Below, one piece after another: positions 18,640-28,168 of a stretch of DNA of 64,000 nucleotides. The translations under genes were made by a program, and so were the position numbers. This stretch comes from Dehalococcoidia bacterium (GTDB lineage Bacteria > Chloroflexota > Dehalococcoidia > GIF9 > AB-539-J10): the NCBI GenBank assembly GCA_030612025.1, contig JAUWOR010000009.1, forward strand, positions 1 to 64,000, read 5' to 3'. Position 1 is the stretch's first letter; every line of letters starts with the position of its first letter. A model generated the notes under the pieces. It was given only the letters and a program-made list of their open reading frames with translations, was not told the DNA's origin and searched no databases.

Positions 18640-19206
18640 ATGCAAGAACACACACCGACATACGATGAAGCATTGTCACTTCTCAAGGAATTTAACAAAG
18701 GTGAGAGCCTGCTGAAGCACGCTTATTCCGTTGAGGGAGTGATGCGCTACATAGCACGCAAGCTGGGTGAAGATGAGGAGAAGTGGGGAATCATTGGACT
18801 AATACATGACCTGGACTACGAACGCTTTCCGGAGCAGCATTGCCAAAAATCACGGGAGATACTAGAGGGGCAAGGTTGGCCAGAGGAGCACATACGTGCA
18901 GTTGTCTCCCATGGCTGGGGTAAATTTAATGACGTTGAGCCGCAAACCAACATGGAGAAGACACTGTATGCCGTTGACGAGCTAACAGGGCTTATCACGG
19001 CGGTAGCCATAATCCGCCCCTCAAAGAGCATGGCAGACCTAGAGGCAAAGTCGGTGATGAAGAAATGGAAAGATAAGTCTTTCGCTGCTGGCGTGAACCG
19101 CTCGGTGATCGAAAAGGGAGCTGCGATGTTAGGGGTGGAGGTAAGAGAGCTGGTCACCGACACTATCATGGGGATGCGGGAAGTGGCTGATAAAATAGGA
19201 CTGTAG
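18640..19206 (+). CDS. HD-domain (HDIG) hydrolase
   Basis: LLKH, LIHDLDYE, AVDELTGLI, FAAGVNR. Confidence 0.9.
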   Translation: MQEHTPTYDEALSLLKEFNKGESLLKHAYSVEGVMRYIARKLGEDEEKWGIIGLIHDLDYERFPEQHCQKSREILEGQGWPEEHIRAVVSHGWGKFNDVEPQTNMEKTLYAVDELTGLITAVAIIRPSKSMADLEAKSVMKKWKDKSFAAGVNRSVIEKGAAMLGVEVRELVTDTIMGMREVADKIGL

Positions 19207-19304
19207 GGTTAGAATTGCATGTAGCTTCTTCGATTATCCGTGGCCTGTTCTACGGTACTGGCAAACTTAAGCTACCTCTCAGGCATCATGACAGTCCCCG
19301 TAGT

Positions 19305-19508
19305 CTATCTCTCCAAGCCAATGCGATAGCCATCGGCAATAGCTTCGCGTATTGTTCGTGGCTCAACACAGTCCCCGGCGAGGTAAGTATTGGAGACTTT
19401 CCCTTTGATCTCTTCGTAAAGCTTTTTGTCGGGGGTAGCCCCGGCCGCCAGAACTATGGTATCAGCCTCGATGGTTTTCCTCTCCCCTTCTTTCGTTTTC
19501 AGCTTCAC
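19305..19508 (-). pseudogene. Orphan C-terminus of an FAD-dependent (NADH:flavin) oxidoreductase
   Basis: ADTIVLAAG...AGDCVEPRTIREAI.DG; N-terminus missing. Confidence 0.8.
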
Positions 19509-19539
19509 CTTGTAGCTCCCTTAACCTAATTATGCTTAT

Positions 19540-19613
19540 GCCTAACGTTCCCGGTCTTTGCAAAGTGCGAAGCATTTGGGCGAACGAAGTGAGCCGCAAT
19601 GCCTGCGTTAGAT
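19540..19613. mobile_element. attC-like integron recombination site
   Basis: GCCTAAC...GTTAGAT (RYYYAAC/GTTRRRY on either strand), 74 bp with internal hairpins. Confidence 0.55.
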
Positions 19614-19707
19614 GGAGTTTTGGCTAACTGCTTTTATGTCTTTGTTCCTAGCGGTTTTGTTTTTGTGTCATAACCACGATTGTGCGAATCAGTTGGTTAT
19701 GATGATT

Positions 19708-21303
19708 CTAGAAACCGACTGCTTGTCCGTCTTTTCTGGGATCAGAAGCACCGCAATAGCCATCAGCTAACTTGTAGATTAACTGAGCCCCTCCAAACCA
19801 CCGACCTTTTCCAACTTTTTTAATTTTGTGACCTCGCTTACTCAAATCTTCCAAAACCTCTGGTTTAAAACCAGGCTCAAAAGCCACTTCCATATTTGGA
19901 AATACCTGCCAACGGGGAGCATCACAAGCTGCCTGTGGGTTTTGATGATAATCAAACATTCGAATCATAATTTGTGCATGACCTTGTGGTTGCATCACTC
20001 CTCCCATTACCCCAAAGCTCATTAACGGCTGGTCATCTTTAGTCACAAACGCTGGGATGATTGTATGGAAAGGCCGCTTTCCTCCTTCAACTTGATTAGG
20101 ATGACCTCTCTCCAGACTAAAACAAGCTGCTCGACTTTGTAGACTAATTCCCGTATCTGGCACTACAATGCCTGATCCAAAATCAAGGTAATTAGATTGG
20201 ATAAAAGAAACTATCATGCCATTAGCATCAGCTGTGGTTAGATAAACGGTGTCCCCACGCTCTGGGATGCCGTAGCCTGGATTCTGAGCCTTTGCTAAGT
20301 CAATCAGCTTCGCTCGTTGGGATAAATAGTCCCAGTTCAATAAGTCTTTATAATCTATGTCCATGCTGGATGGGTCAGAAACATATCGATATGTATCTGC
20401 AAACGCCAATTTCATAGCTTCAATTTGGAGGTGTAAGCTATCCGCAGAGTCTACAGGATAATCTTGAATATCCCGATGCTCAAGGATGCCCAACATAAGC
20501 AATGCTGCTATGCCTTGTCCATTGGGAGGGATTTCACATAAAGTAAATCCATGATAATTAATGGATATAGTTTCAACCCAATCGGCTTTATGGGCAGCTA
20601 AGTCTTCTTTCGTAATCAAACCACCAGTAGCCTTGGCATGAGCAACTATTTTATCTGCCAACTTTCCGTGATAAAAAGCTTCGCCCCTTGTTTCTGCAAT
20701 CCGTTCTAAGGTCTTTGCTTGAGCTTTAAATTCAAATTTTTCTCCTACCTTAGGTGCTCTACCATTTGGTAAAAATGCAGCGACAAATTCAGGAAAATCT
20801 TTATATGTTTCGGGGGCAGAACTCCATCTTTCAGCGGTTATCGGGGAAACCAGAAAACCGTTATAAGCATATTCTATTGCTGGTTCAAATAGGTCCTCAA
20901 AGGGTAAATGTCCGAACCGGTTAGATAGTTCTACCCAGGATGATACGGCGCCAGGAATGGTTACTGAATTCCATCCAAGTACAGGCATAAATTTAAATTG
21001 AGAAAACTGCTCAAAATCCCAAGCAGCAGGAGACCGACCTGAAGCATTGAGACCATGTAATTCATTCCCATCCCAAACAATAGCGAAAGCATCGCCACCT
21101 ATTCCATTCATAGTGGGCTCTACTACCGTTAAAGCTATAGCAGTAGCAATAGCGGCATCCACAGCATTGCCACCTTTTTGCAGCATTCTTAAACCGGCTT
21201 GGGCTGCTAAAGGTTGGGATGTGGCAACAATATTGCGGGCCATAATGGGCATACGCTTAGAGGCATAAGGGAATTCCCAACTAAACTGTATCATTCTAAT
21301 CAC
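19708..21303 (-). CDS. ggt: Gamma-glutamyltransferase family protein (YwrD-like)
   Basis: GGNAVDAAIA, nucleophile site GDTVY, KRPFHTIIP, SDPRKDG. Confidence 0.93.
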   Translation of the reverse strand: MIRMIQFSWEFPYASKRMPIMARNIVATSQPLAAQAGLRMLQKGGNAVDAAIATAIALTVVEPTMNGIGGDAFAIVWDGNELHGLNASGRSPAAWDFEQFSQFKFMPVLGWNSVTIPGAVSSWVELSNRFGHLPFEDLFEPAIEYAYNGFLVSPITAERWSSAPETYKDFPEFVAAFLPNGRAPKVGEKFEFKAQAKTLERIAETRGEAFYHGKLADKIVAHAKATGGLITKEDLAAHKADWVETISINYHGFTLCEIPPNGQGIAALLMLGILEHRDIQDYPVDSADSLHLQIEAMKLAFADTYRYVSDPSSMDIDYKDLLNWDYLSQRAKLIDLAKAQNPGYGIPERGDTVYLTTADANGMIVSFIQSNYLDFGSGIVVPDTGISLQSRAACFSLERGHPNQVEGGKRPFHTIIPAFVTKDDQPLMSFGVMGGVMQPQGHAQIMIRMFDYHQNPQAACDAPRWQVFPNMEVAFEPGFKPEVLEDLSKRGHKIKKVGKGRWFGGAQLIYKLADGYCGASDPRKDGQAVGF

Positions 21304-21425
21304 CTCCTATATAGTCAGCCCAACCAGGGCAAATTTCGTCTAACAGCCATATAAACGAACTCCGGATTCGTTTGGCCCGCCCAATCACGGTAGATGGTAA
21401 CACCTACTGTGGTAGCTTCTCAACT

Positions 21426-21566
21426 TTATGTTAAAGGAATTGTTTTGATCCCTTTGTTTGCTAGCGTCTCGCCTATATATCTTCGCTGGCAGCCGGCATC
21501 CTAGTCGTTAGTCAATAGTCCTGAAGTCAAAGGAGCTTGCTTAGGCCACGTTTGTAGAGGGGGATT
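21426..21566 (-). repeat. Composite gene-end repeat, copy 5 (gene X end plus DUF488 end)
   Basis: Minus strand reads IPLYKRGLSKLL*, heptamers, then DAGCQRRYIGETLANKGIKTIPLT*. Confidence 0.85.
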
Positions 21567-21680
21567 CACCCTCACCTTAATCCTCTCCCGTCAAGGGAGA
21601 AGCAACAGGTAATCTTGAGATTGCTTCAGCGCTGCCCCTTCGCCATGCTCAGGGCTTCGACCTCACCCTGGCAATGACAA
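21567..21680. repeat. REP-like palindrome cluster
   Basis: CACCCTCACC..TCTCCCGTCAAGGGAGA and AGATTGCTTC..GCAATGAC. Confidence 0.75.
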
Positions 21681-21682
21681 GG

Positions 21683-22795
21683 TCAATAATCTCCTCCTAG
21701 AAGATGAATATTGCCCAGCCTCACCCTTTTTAGCCCCCAGGCTTTTGCCACTGCCAGGCACTCCTCTGCATGACGCCTCGAGGTAGTGGGCAAATCCCTC
21801 ATCATAAATTGAGGGGCAAAGGCAAGAAGGGAGTAAGGGATGTCTGGATTGAGGGAGGAAATAAATTGGGCAATCTGGGAAACTTCTTGCTTGTCTATGT
21901 ATCCTGGGACTAATAAGGTGCTGGCCACTAAGAAGGGAGGCGAAGGCCTTTTCTTAGTATATTCGGCTAGAAGTTGAAAGTTTTCCAGGGTTCTCTTGTT
22001 GCTGACACCACAAAGGGCAATGTGGACTTCTTCGCTCCAGGCTTTGAGGTCAAACTTAATACAGCCACCAGAATTTAGGGAAATCTCGGCTGCCTGTCTT
22101 AATAAGGCTGGGTGCATGGAACCATTGGTCTCCCAGCAGATGCGCAGAATCCTACCTCTCTTCTTCTGCAAAGCTAGCCTGGCCACACGAATAGAATGAG
22201 GTAATTGAGGTGTGGGGTCGCCACCAAAGTAGCAAATGCAGGAAGTTTGGCCATCAACGGCGTCACTTAGCATTGAAGCAGTGACAGTAGCTTCCTTCAA
22301 TGCCTGACTGCGATAGTGCCAATTTTGACAAAATAAGCAATCAAAGGAACAGGCTTGATAGAAAACAGCCAGGTTTTTGTAACCATATTCAGGACCAGCG
22401 CGATAGGCAAAATCAGGATAGCCAGCTCCTGTGCCCCCAGGGCAAACCCAATCAGCCACGCAGTTAGTGGGCAGGGGGTCATAATACCAACTGACATTGG
22501 CTTTATCTGCCGTGGCGCCCTTGAGCTTATTTCCTTCATTGTAGCGTAGTCCACAATAGCTTCTGCCGTTCGGAGGCAAGCGGCATTCATTGACACAAAT
22601 GCGGCATTGGGGACCCGTTTCACTTTCGGGAGGATGAAGGGGAAGGTTAAACAGGCTCCTAGCCTTTTTATGAGCTTCCTCTATGCTAGGCAATACGGCA
22701 GCAAAGTCCCCCCGAATACAATCGAGACACACCCCTAATGCCTGGGAAGTAAGGCCGGATTCCCTACCACAGTGCTGGCATCTAACAGACAACAA
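21683..22795 (-). CDS. Radical SAM protein (PFL-activating enzyme/AmmeMemoRadiSam-like)
   Basis: CSFDCLFCQN CxxxCxxC motif; GGDPT; WETNG. Confidence 0.9.
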   Translation of the reverse strand: MLSVRCQHCGRESGLTSQALGVCLDCIRGDFAAVLPSIEEAHKKARSLFNLPLHPPESETGPQCRICVNECRLPPNGRSYCGLRYNEGNKLKGATADKANVSWYYDPLPTNCVADWVCPGGTGAGYPDFAYRAGPEYGYKNLAVFYQACSFDCLFCQNWHYRSQALKEATVTASMLSDAVDGQTSCICYFGGDPTPQLPHSIRVARLALQKKRGRILRICWETNGSMHPALLRQAAEISLNSGGCIKFDLKAWSEEVHIALCGVSNKRTLENFQLLAEYTKKRPSPPFLVASTLLVPGYIDKQEVSQIAQFISSLNPDIPYSLLAFAPQFMMRDLPTTSRRHAEECLAVAKAWGLKRVRLGNIHLLGGDY

Positions 22796-22799
22796 AAAA

Positions 22800-23750
22800 C
22801 TACCTTCTGTCTGAACCTAAAATAGAGCCGATAAAATTCCTTTGCCCGCGCACAAAGTCGGCAATTGACATCTCATGTCTTCCCTCTAATTGAACTTGAC
22901 AAAGCCCTAGAATGCCATCTCCAGTCACTACCCCCACTTTGGGTGGCTGTCGCAAAGCTATCACCTTTCCTACTTCACCCCTTGCCAGCCTGCTAACGGG
23001 AGCAGCACTATGGATTTTGAGCCGCTTGCCTTGCCACCAGGTGTAGCAAGTCGGCCAAGGATTAAAGGCTCTTATTCGCCGCCACAGTTCCACTGCTGGG
23101 AGATGCCAATCTATCTCGCCATCTTTGCTGGTTATCAGCCTGCTATAGGTAGCCTGGGACTCGCCTTGCGGCTGTGGTTCAATCTCACCCTTAAGCCATT
23201 TAGGCAGGGTGTCCATCAAAAGCCCAGCCCCCACATGAGCTAATTTGGCTGTAAGAGAGCCAGTGGTATCCGTAGCAGCAATACCCACCTTTTCCTGGGC
23301 TAAGATCGGCCCGCTATCTAAGCCCTCGTCCATTAGAATGATAGTAACGCCGGTGAGTAAATCTCCGCAGAGAAGAGAGTCAGCTACTGGAGATGGACCT
23401 CGATGCTGAGGCAACAGTGAAGGGTGGATGTTAAGACAACCAAATTTAGGCAGAGACAATACCTCCCGAGGAAGGATCTGCCCGAAAGCAGCAACTACAA
23501 TCAGCTCTGGCTTAAGCCTAGCCAAATCCTCTACTACTTCTGCTGTCTTAAGCGTACTTGGCTGAATGACGGGAATTTTATGCTCCCTGGCCAGCTCTTT
23601 TACCGGGGATGGAGTAAGCCGTTGCCTTCTACCAACTGGCTTGTCAGGCTGAGTATATACAGCAACTACTTGATACAGATCGCGGAGCAAAGACTCCAGT
23701 ATGGGGACAGCAAACTGTGGAGTACCCATAAAAACTGTGCGCATTTTCAC
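22800..23750 (-). CDS. fmt: Methionyl-tRNA formyltransferase
   Basis: FMGTPQFA, NIHPSLLP. Confidence 0.95.
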   Translation of the reverse strand: MKMRTVFMGTPQFAVPILESLLRDLYQVVAVYTQPDKPVGRRQRLTPSPVKELAREHKIPVIQPSTLKTAEVVEDLARLKPELIVVAAFGQILPREVLSLPKFGCLNIHPSLLPQHRGPSPVADSLLCGDLLTGVTIILMDEGLDSGPILAQEKVGIAATDTTGSLTAKLAHVGAGLLMDTLPKWLKGEIEPQPQGESQATYSRLITSKDGEIDWHLPAVELWRRIRAFNPWPTCYTWWQGKRLKIHSAAPVSRLARGEVGKVIALRQPPKVGVVTGDGILGLCQVQLEGRHEMSIADFVRGQRNFIGSILGSDRR

Positions 23751-23917
23751 GGCAGAGACATTTTCCCTAATTTCTTTTGTTATGTCAAAACCTCCCTAGA
23801 GAAAAAACAAGACCGTCTGATAACCTAAAATTTGTATCCTTACCATCCCACTCTTCCTCAACTATCTCTTCAGCTATCCTCTTGGCTAATAGTCAAGAAG
23901 CAGACCGCGGAGGTGAA

Positions 23918-25261
23918 TTGGAGTCGTCAAAACAAATTTGGGAAAAGGCACTAGGGGAACTTCAAATTCAAGTCAGCAAAGCAAATTATACTACTTGGCT
24001 TAAAAATAGCCAGGGCATAAGTTACCAAGAAAATGTTTTTGTTGTTGGAGTTCCCAGCGCCTTTGTCGCTGAATGGTTAACTAAGTCCCTCCATTCCTTG
24101 GTAAGCAAAACCCTAGCCCAAATCATAGGTGGGGATGTTGATGTTCAGTTTACCGTTCACAATCAAAACCAACCAAGGAATGGTTCTTTAGCCTATGCCA
24201 ACCAACCAGATGGTGGGATAAGCACCAAAGCTAAAATAGACAGGTTCAATCCAAAATACACTTTTGCTAATTTTATCGTTGGTGATTGTAATCGCTTAGC
24301 TTACGCCGCCACAATAGAAGTAGCTGAAAATCCAGGGCATAGCTACAATCCTCTTTTCATCTACAGCAGCACGGGGCAAGGTAAGACACATCTGCTACAT
24401 GCCATTGGGCATAGGGCAATAAGCAATGGACTAAAAGTAGCTTATACTAGCGCAGAACAGTTCACCAATGAATTTGTACTGGCTATCAAACAAGGGCAGG
24501 TCGAAGATTTTCGCGCTAGACTCAGGACAGTTCACATCTTCCTGTTTGACGATATTCAATTTATAAGTGACAAAAAACAAACCCAACAATGCTTCTTACA
24601 AACCTTCAATGATCTATATAACAATAATCGCCAAATCATCATTACTGCTGACCGCCCTCCTAAAGACATGGCATTACTTAGCAATAAGCTAAAATCACGT
24701 CTTGAATGGGGTCTTGTTACCCCTATTCAGCCACCAGACTTTGAGTCGCGCCTCTCTATCCTACGAGCTAAGGCAAAGGAAACGATGATAACAATCACTG
24801 ATGAAGTGCTGCAACTTTTAGCGAAACAAATAAGGGAAAATGTCCGCCAGCTTGAAGGTGCTCTAATATATTTAACCGCTCGAACTAAGCTAACTGGAAT
24901 GGAACTTACTCTACAAACAGTTAACAAGTTATTAACAAGCACTGCTGATAAGCAAGGCAGCGAGGTAATAATGCAAGTGGTAGCTGATTATTTCACCCTT
25001 ACCGTAGAGGAGTTAACTGGCAAAAGGAGAGATAGGAAGACCGCTTTAGCACGCCAAATTGTAATGTACCTTATGCGGGAAGAAGATAATTGTTCTTTCG
25101 CTGAAATTGGCAAGAGGTTAGGCAATAGAAACCATGCCACAATCGTTCATGGTTATGAAAAAATAGCTGCTGAAATGAGCGTTAACTCTAAATTGTATCA
25201 TCAAATCTTAGGGATTAAAGGAAAAATTGACTTAAGCAAAGCTTCCAGAGAGAAATATTAA
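23918..25261 (+). CDS. dnaA: Chromosomal replication initiator DnaA
   Basis: NPKYTFANF, YNPLFIY, GKTHLL, DDIQF, ARQIVMYL; TTG start after GGAGGTG. Confidence 0.93.
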   Translation: MESSKQIWEKALGELQIQVSKANYTTWLKNSQGISYQENVFVVGVPSAFVAEWLTKSLHSLVSKTLAQIIGGDVDVQFTVHNQNQPRNGSLAYANQPDGGISTKAKIDRFNPKYTFANFIVGDCNRLAYAATIEVAENPGHSYNPLFIYSSTGQGKTHLLHAIGHRAISNGLKVAYTSAEQFTNEFVLAIKQGQVEDFRARLRTVHIFLFDDIQFISDKKQTQQCFLQTFNDLYNNNRQIIITADRPPKDMALLSNKLKSRLEWGLVTPIQPPDFESRLSILRAKAKETMITITDEVLQLLAKQIRENVRQLEGALIYLTARTKLTGMELTLQTVNKLLTSTADKQGSEVIMQVVADYFTLTVEELTGKRRDRKTALARQIVMYLMREEDNCSFAEIGKRLGNRNHATIVHGYEKIAAEMSVNSKLYHQILGIKGKIDLSKASREKY

Positions 25262-25444
25262 AATAATGTTAATAACTGCCCTCGGGGGTAAAATTGAATT
25301 GTTAAAACCTTGGCCTTTATTTTGGGAGTAAACTTGCTGTCTTTTATATTCTTTAATTGGCAACTCCTCCTAATTATTATTCTTATTAATAAACTTCCTA
25401 TTAAGAAATGTAGTATAAGTAATTTTTAGTATTAAAATAAAGCG
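25262..25444. other. Candidate oriC
   Basis: AT-rich gap after dnaA; box-like TGTTAATAA and TGTTAAAAC; visible compositional switch. Confidence 0.5.
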
Positions 25445-26053
25445 ATGAATATAGGTATCTTGGGTGGCACATTTGATCCTATCCATGTGGGGCATCTTGT
25501 TATAGCTGAGGAAGCAAGGGTAAAGCTAGGCTTAGCTAAAGTTCTCTTTGTGCCTGCCGGGCAGCCATGGCTCAAAGTAGACCATGTTGTTACCCTGGCG
25601 AGCCATAGAGTAGAGATGGTGCGCCTGGCTATTGCTGGTAATTCTTATTTTAAACTTTGCCCTCTTGAAGTAGAACGCCCCGGCCCTTCTTATACTATAG
25701 ATACTATAACTGCCCTTCAAAGCCAATTGGAGGTACAGTCTTTCTTTTTCATCCTTGGTAGTGATAGCCTTGCTGGACTTCACTTATGGAAAGAGCCAGC
25801 TAAGCTAGTACAAATGTGTCGGTTAGTAATTGTTCCCAGGTTGGGTTTAAGCTTGCCAGATTTAAAATCCTTGGAAGCATCTGTCCCTGGAGTGACTAGT
25901 AATATCGTTCAACTTGATACGCCTATCATTGGTGTCAGCTCTTCGGAGATCCGACAGCGTGTGGCTCAAGGATTGTCTATACGTTACTTAGTGCCCGGCA
26001 AGGTGGAGAAGTATATCGCGGAGCAAAAGCTATATCTAGGAGGTAGCGGGTAG
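25445..26053 (+). CDS. nadD: Nicotinate-nucleotide adenylyltransferase
   Basis: GGTFDPIHVGH, SYTIDT, SSSEIR. Confidence 0.95.
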   Translation: MNIGILGGTFDPIHVGHLVIAEEARVKLGLAKVLFVPAGQPWLKVDHVVTLASHRVEMVRLAIAGNSYFKLCPLEVERPGPSYTIDTITALQSQLEVQSFFFILGSDSLAGLHLWKEPAKLVQMCRLVIVPRLGLSLPDLKSLEASVPGVTSNIVQLDTPIIGVSSSEIRQRVAQGLSIRYLVPGKVEKYIAEQKLYLGGSG

Positions 26054-26080
26054 TTACTACACCCTACACGCTACCCGCTA
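26044..26080. terminator. Hairpin between convergent nadD and gyrB
   Basis: TAGCGGGTAG...CTACCCGCTA. Confidence 0.45.
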
Positions 26081-26109
26081 GTAACTGGTGGAGGATTGTT
26101 AAACGGCCT

Positions 26110-28017
26110 CTAGATATCCAGATTTCTGACATTTTGAGCGTGGGCCTGGATGAAGTTCTTACGAGGCAAGACTTCGTTGCCCATCAGCATATGAAACGCC
26201 TGATCGGCAGCTATGGCATCTTCTATCTCTACTCTAAGCAGTGTTCTGGTATCAGGATTCATTGTTGTTTGCCATAGCTGTTCAGGGCTCATCTCACCCA
26301 GCCCTTTATACCTCTGGATCTCCTGCTTGTTTCCCTCCAACTCCTTAATCTTTCTCTCCTTTTCTTGCTCCGAATAAATCCAAAATTGCTGCTTGCCAGA
26401 CTTTATACGGTAAAGAGGTGGCTGGGCTATGAAAAGGTATCCCTGGTTAATTAACTCCATCATATGGCGATAGAAAAAGGTAAGAAGCAAGGTGCGAATG
26501 TGAGAACCATCAACATCGGCATCGGTCATGATGATTATTCGCTGATACCTGAGCTTGGAAAGATCGCCTTGACCATCAATATTTGCTCTTAAAGCTGTAG
26601 CAATAGCTCTTAGCTCTTCATGTTCGATAATCTTGTCTTTAGTGGCTTTTTCCACATTAAGTATTTTGCCTCTAAGGGGGAGGATAGCTTGAAAGCGGCG
26701 ATCGCGACCCTGCTTAGCTGAGCCGCCGGCTGAGTCACCTTCGACTAGGAAAAGCTCGCATAATGCCGGATTTTTCTCTGAGCAATCAGCCAGTTTTCCC
26801 GGTAACGTTGATGCTTCGAAGCCAGTTCTTTTAAGGATGAGGTCACGGGCCTTACGTGCCGCTTCTCTGGCTTTGGCTGAGGTGAGGCATTTCTCTACAA
26901 TTGCCCTTGCCTCGTCTGGATGTTGTTCAAGGTAAAGAGATAAGTTATCTGCTACCACAGATTCAACCTGGCTTCTCACCTCAGGATTTCCAAGCTTCGC
27001 CTTGGTTTGCCCCTCGAATTGAGGCTCGGGAAGTTTTATATTGATAATAGATATTAATCCCTGGCGTACATCCTCGCCGATCAGATTTGGTTCGGTGTCC
27101 TTGATAAGTTTATTCTTCCGAGCATAATCATTGAGGGCGCGAGTTAATGCTGAGCGAAAGCCAGTGAGATGGCTCCCCCCATCTCTAGTATTGACACAGT
27201 TAGCGAAGGAGAAAGCGGATTCTGTGAAGCTGTCATTATATTGTAGGGCTGCTTCGACTACGGTGGAATTGACTGTAGCTGAAAGATAGATGGGGTAATG
27301 GTGAATAACGGCTCTATTTCTATTCAGGCGCTGAACAAAGCTAGCTATACCCCCTTCAAAATAGAAAGTTTTCCCCTGGTCAGTCCTTTCATCTTTAATG
27401 GATATTTGCACTCCTTTATTCAGGAAAGCTAGCTCCCTTAATCGCTGGCAGGTTGTATTAAAGTCATAATTAATGTTTTCGAAGATTTCTTTATCAGCAA
27501 GGAAGGTGACTGTAGTGCCCGTATCAAGGGCATCTCCAATGAGTTGCACCTCACTCGTGGGGATTCCCCGCTGGTATTCTTGAAGGTAGATTTTCTCCTG
27601 GCGCCTAATCTCAACTCGAAGCCAGGAGGATAGGGCATTTACTACCGAAGCACCAACGCCATGTAAACCACTAGATATGTTATAGACAAGTCCTCCGAAC
27701 TTGGCTCCAGCATGCAGGCGGGTCATTACTGCCTCTAGCGCAGTAATATCTGCTGTGGGGATAGGCTCTGTAGGGATACCACGCCCATTATCAATTACAG
27801 TGATGCTATTATCGTTATGAATTATTACCTCAATTTGATCACAGAAGCCGGCCATTGCTTCATCTATGCTGTTGTACACTATTTCGTAAAGGAGACGCTG
27901 TAATCCTTCACGGCTAGTGCCACCAATATACATTCCAGGCCGTAAGCGGACGGCCTCTATCTCATCTAAGATTTGAATATCTTCAGCCGTGTAGTTATTC
28001 ATCTCATTTTGGGACAT
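26110..28017 (-). CDS. gyrB: DNA gyrase subunit B
   Basis: RPGMYIG, GLHGVG, EGDSAGGSAK, PLRGKILN, RYKGLGEM. Confidence 0.95.
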   Translation of the reverse strand: MSQNEMNNYTAEDIQILDEIEAVRLRPGMYIGGTSREGLQRLLYEIVYNSIDEAMAGFCDQIEVIIHNDNSITVIDNGRGIPTEPIPTADITALEAVMTRLHAGAKFGGLVYNISSGLHGVGASVVNALSSWLRVEIRRQEKIYLQEYQRGIPTSEVQLIGDALDTGTTVTFLADKEIFENINYDFNTTCQRLRELAFLNKGVQISIKDERTDQGKTFYFEGGIASFVQRLNRNRAVIHHYPIYLSATVNSTVVEAALQYNDSFTESAFSFANCVNTRDGGSHLTGFRSALTRALNDYARKNKLIKDTEPNLIGEDVRQGLISIINIKLPEPQFEGQTKAKLGNPEVRSQVESVVADNLSLYLEQHPDEARAIVEKCLTSAKAREAARKARDLILKRTGFEASTLPGKLADCSEKNPALCELFLVEGDSAGGSAKQGRDRRFQAILPLRGKILNVEKATKDKIIEHEELRAIATALRANIDGQGDLSKLRYQRIIIMTDADVDGSHIRTLLLTFFYRHMMELINQGYLFIAQPPLYRIKSGKQQFWIYSEQEKERKIKELEGNKQEIQRYKGLGEMSPEQLWQTTMNPDTRTLLRVEIEDAIAADQAFHMLMGNEVLPRKNFIQAHAQNVRNLDI

Positions 28018-28168
28018 AGCTAATTCGTCTCCTTATACTCATGCATTTTGGCGGAGTAAAAATTGCCCCATAGCCTGCCGGGAAGGATTTAAGCTTTCTC
28101 TCGGTGGTAATAGCTAAGAGCACTATATCTATTATATCATATCTGGAGATAGAAGGCGTGTTTTGATG

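Noticed and set aside
6576-21566. Composite repeats as a CRISPR array or ncRNA family
   Set aside because: Copies are kilobases apart, vary in length and translate as gene C-termini; no cas genes are present.
23777-23917. Extended DnaA N-terminus from the ORF track
   Set aside because: The Ser-rich non-homologous stretch is intergenic; a strong RBS precedes TTG 23918.
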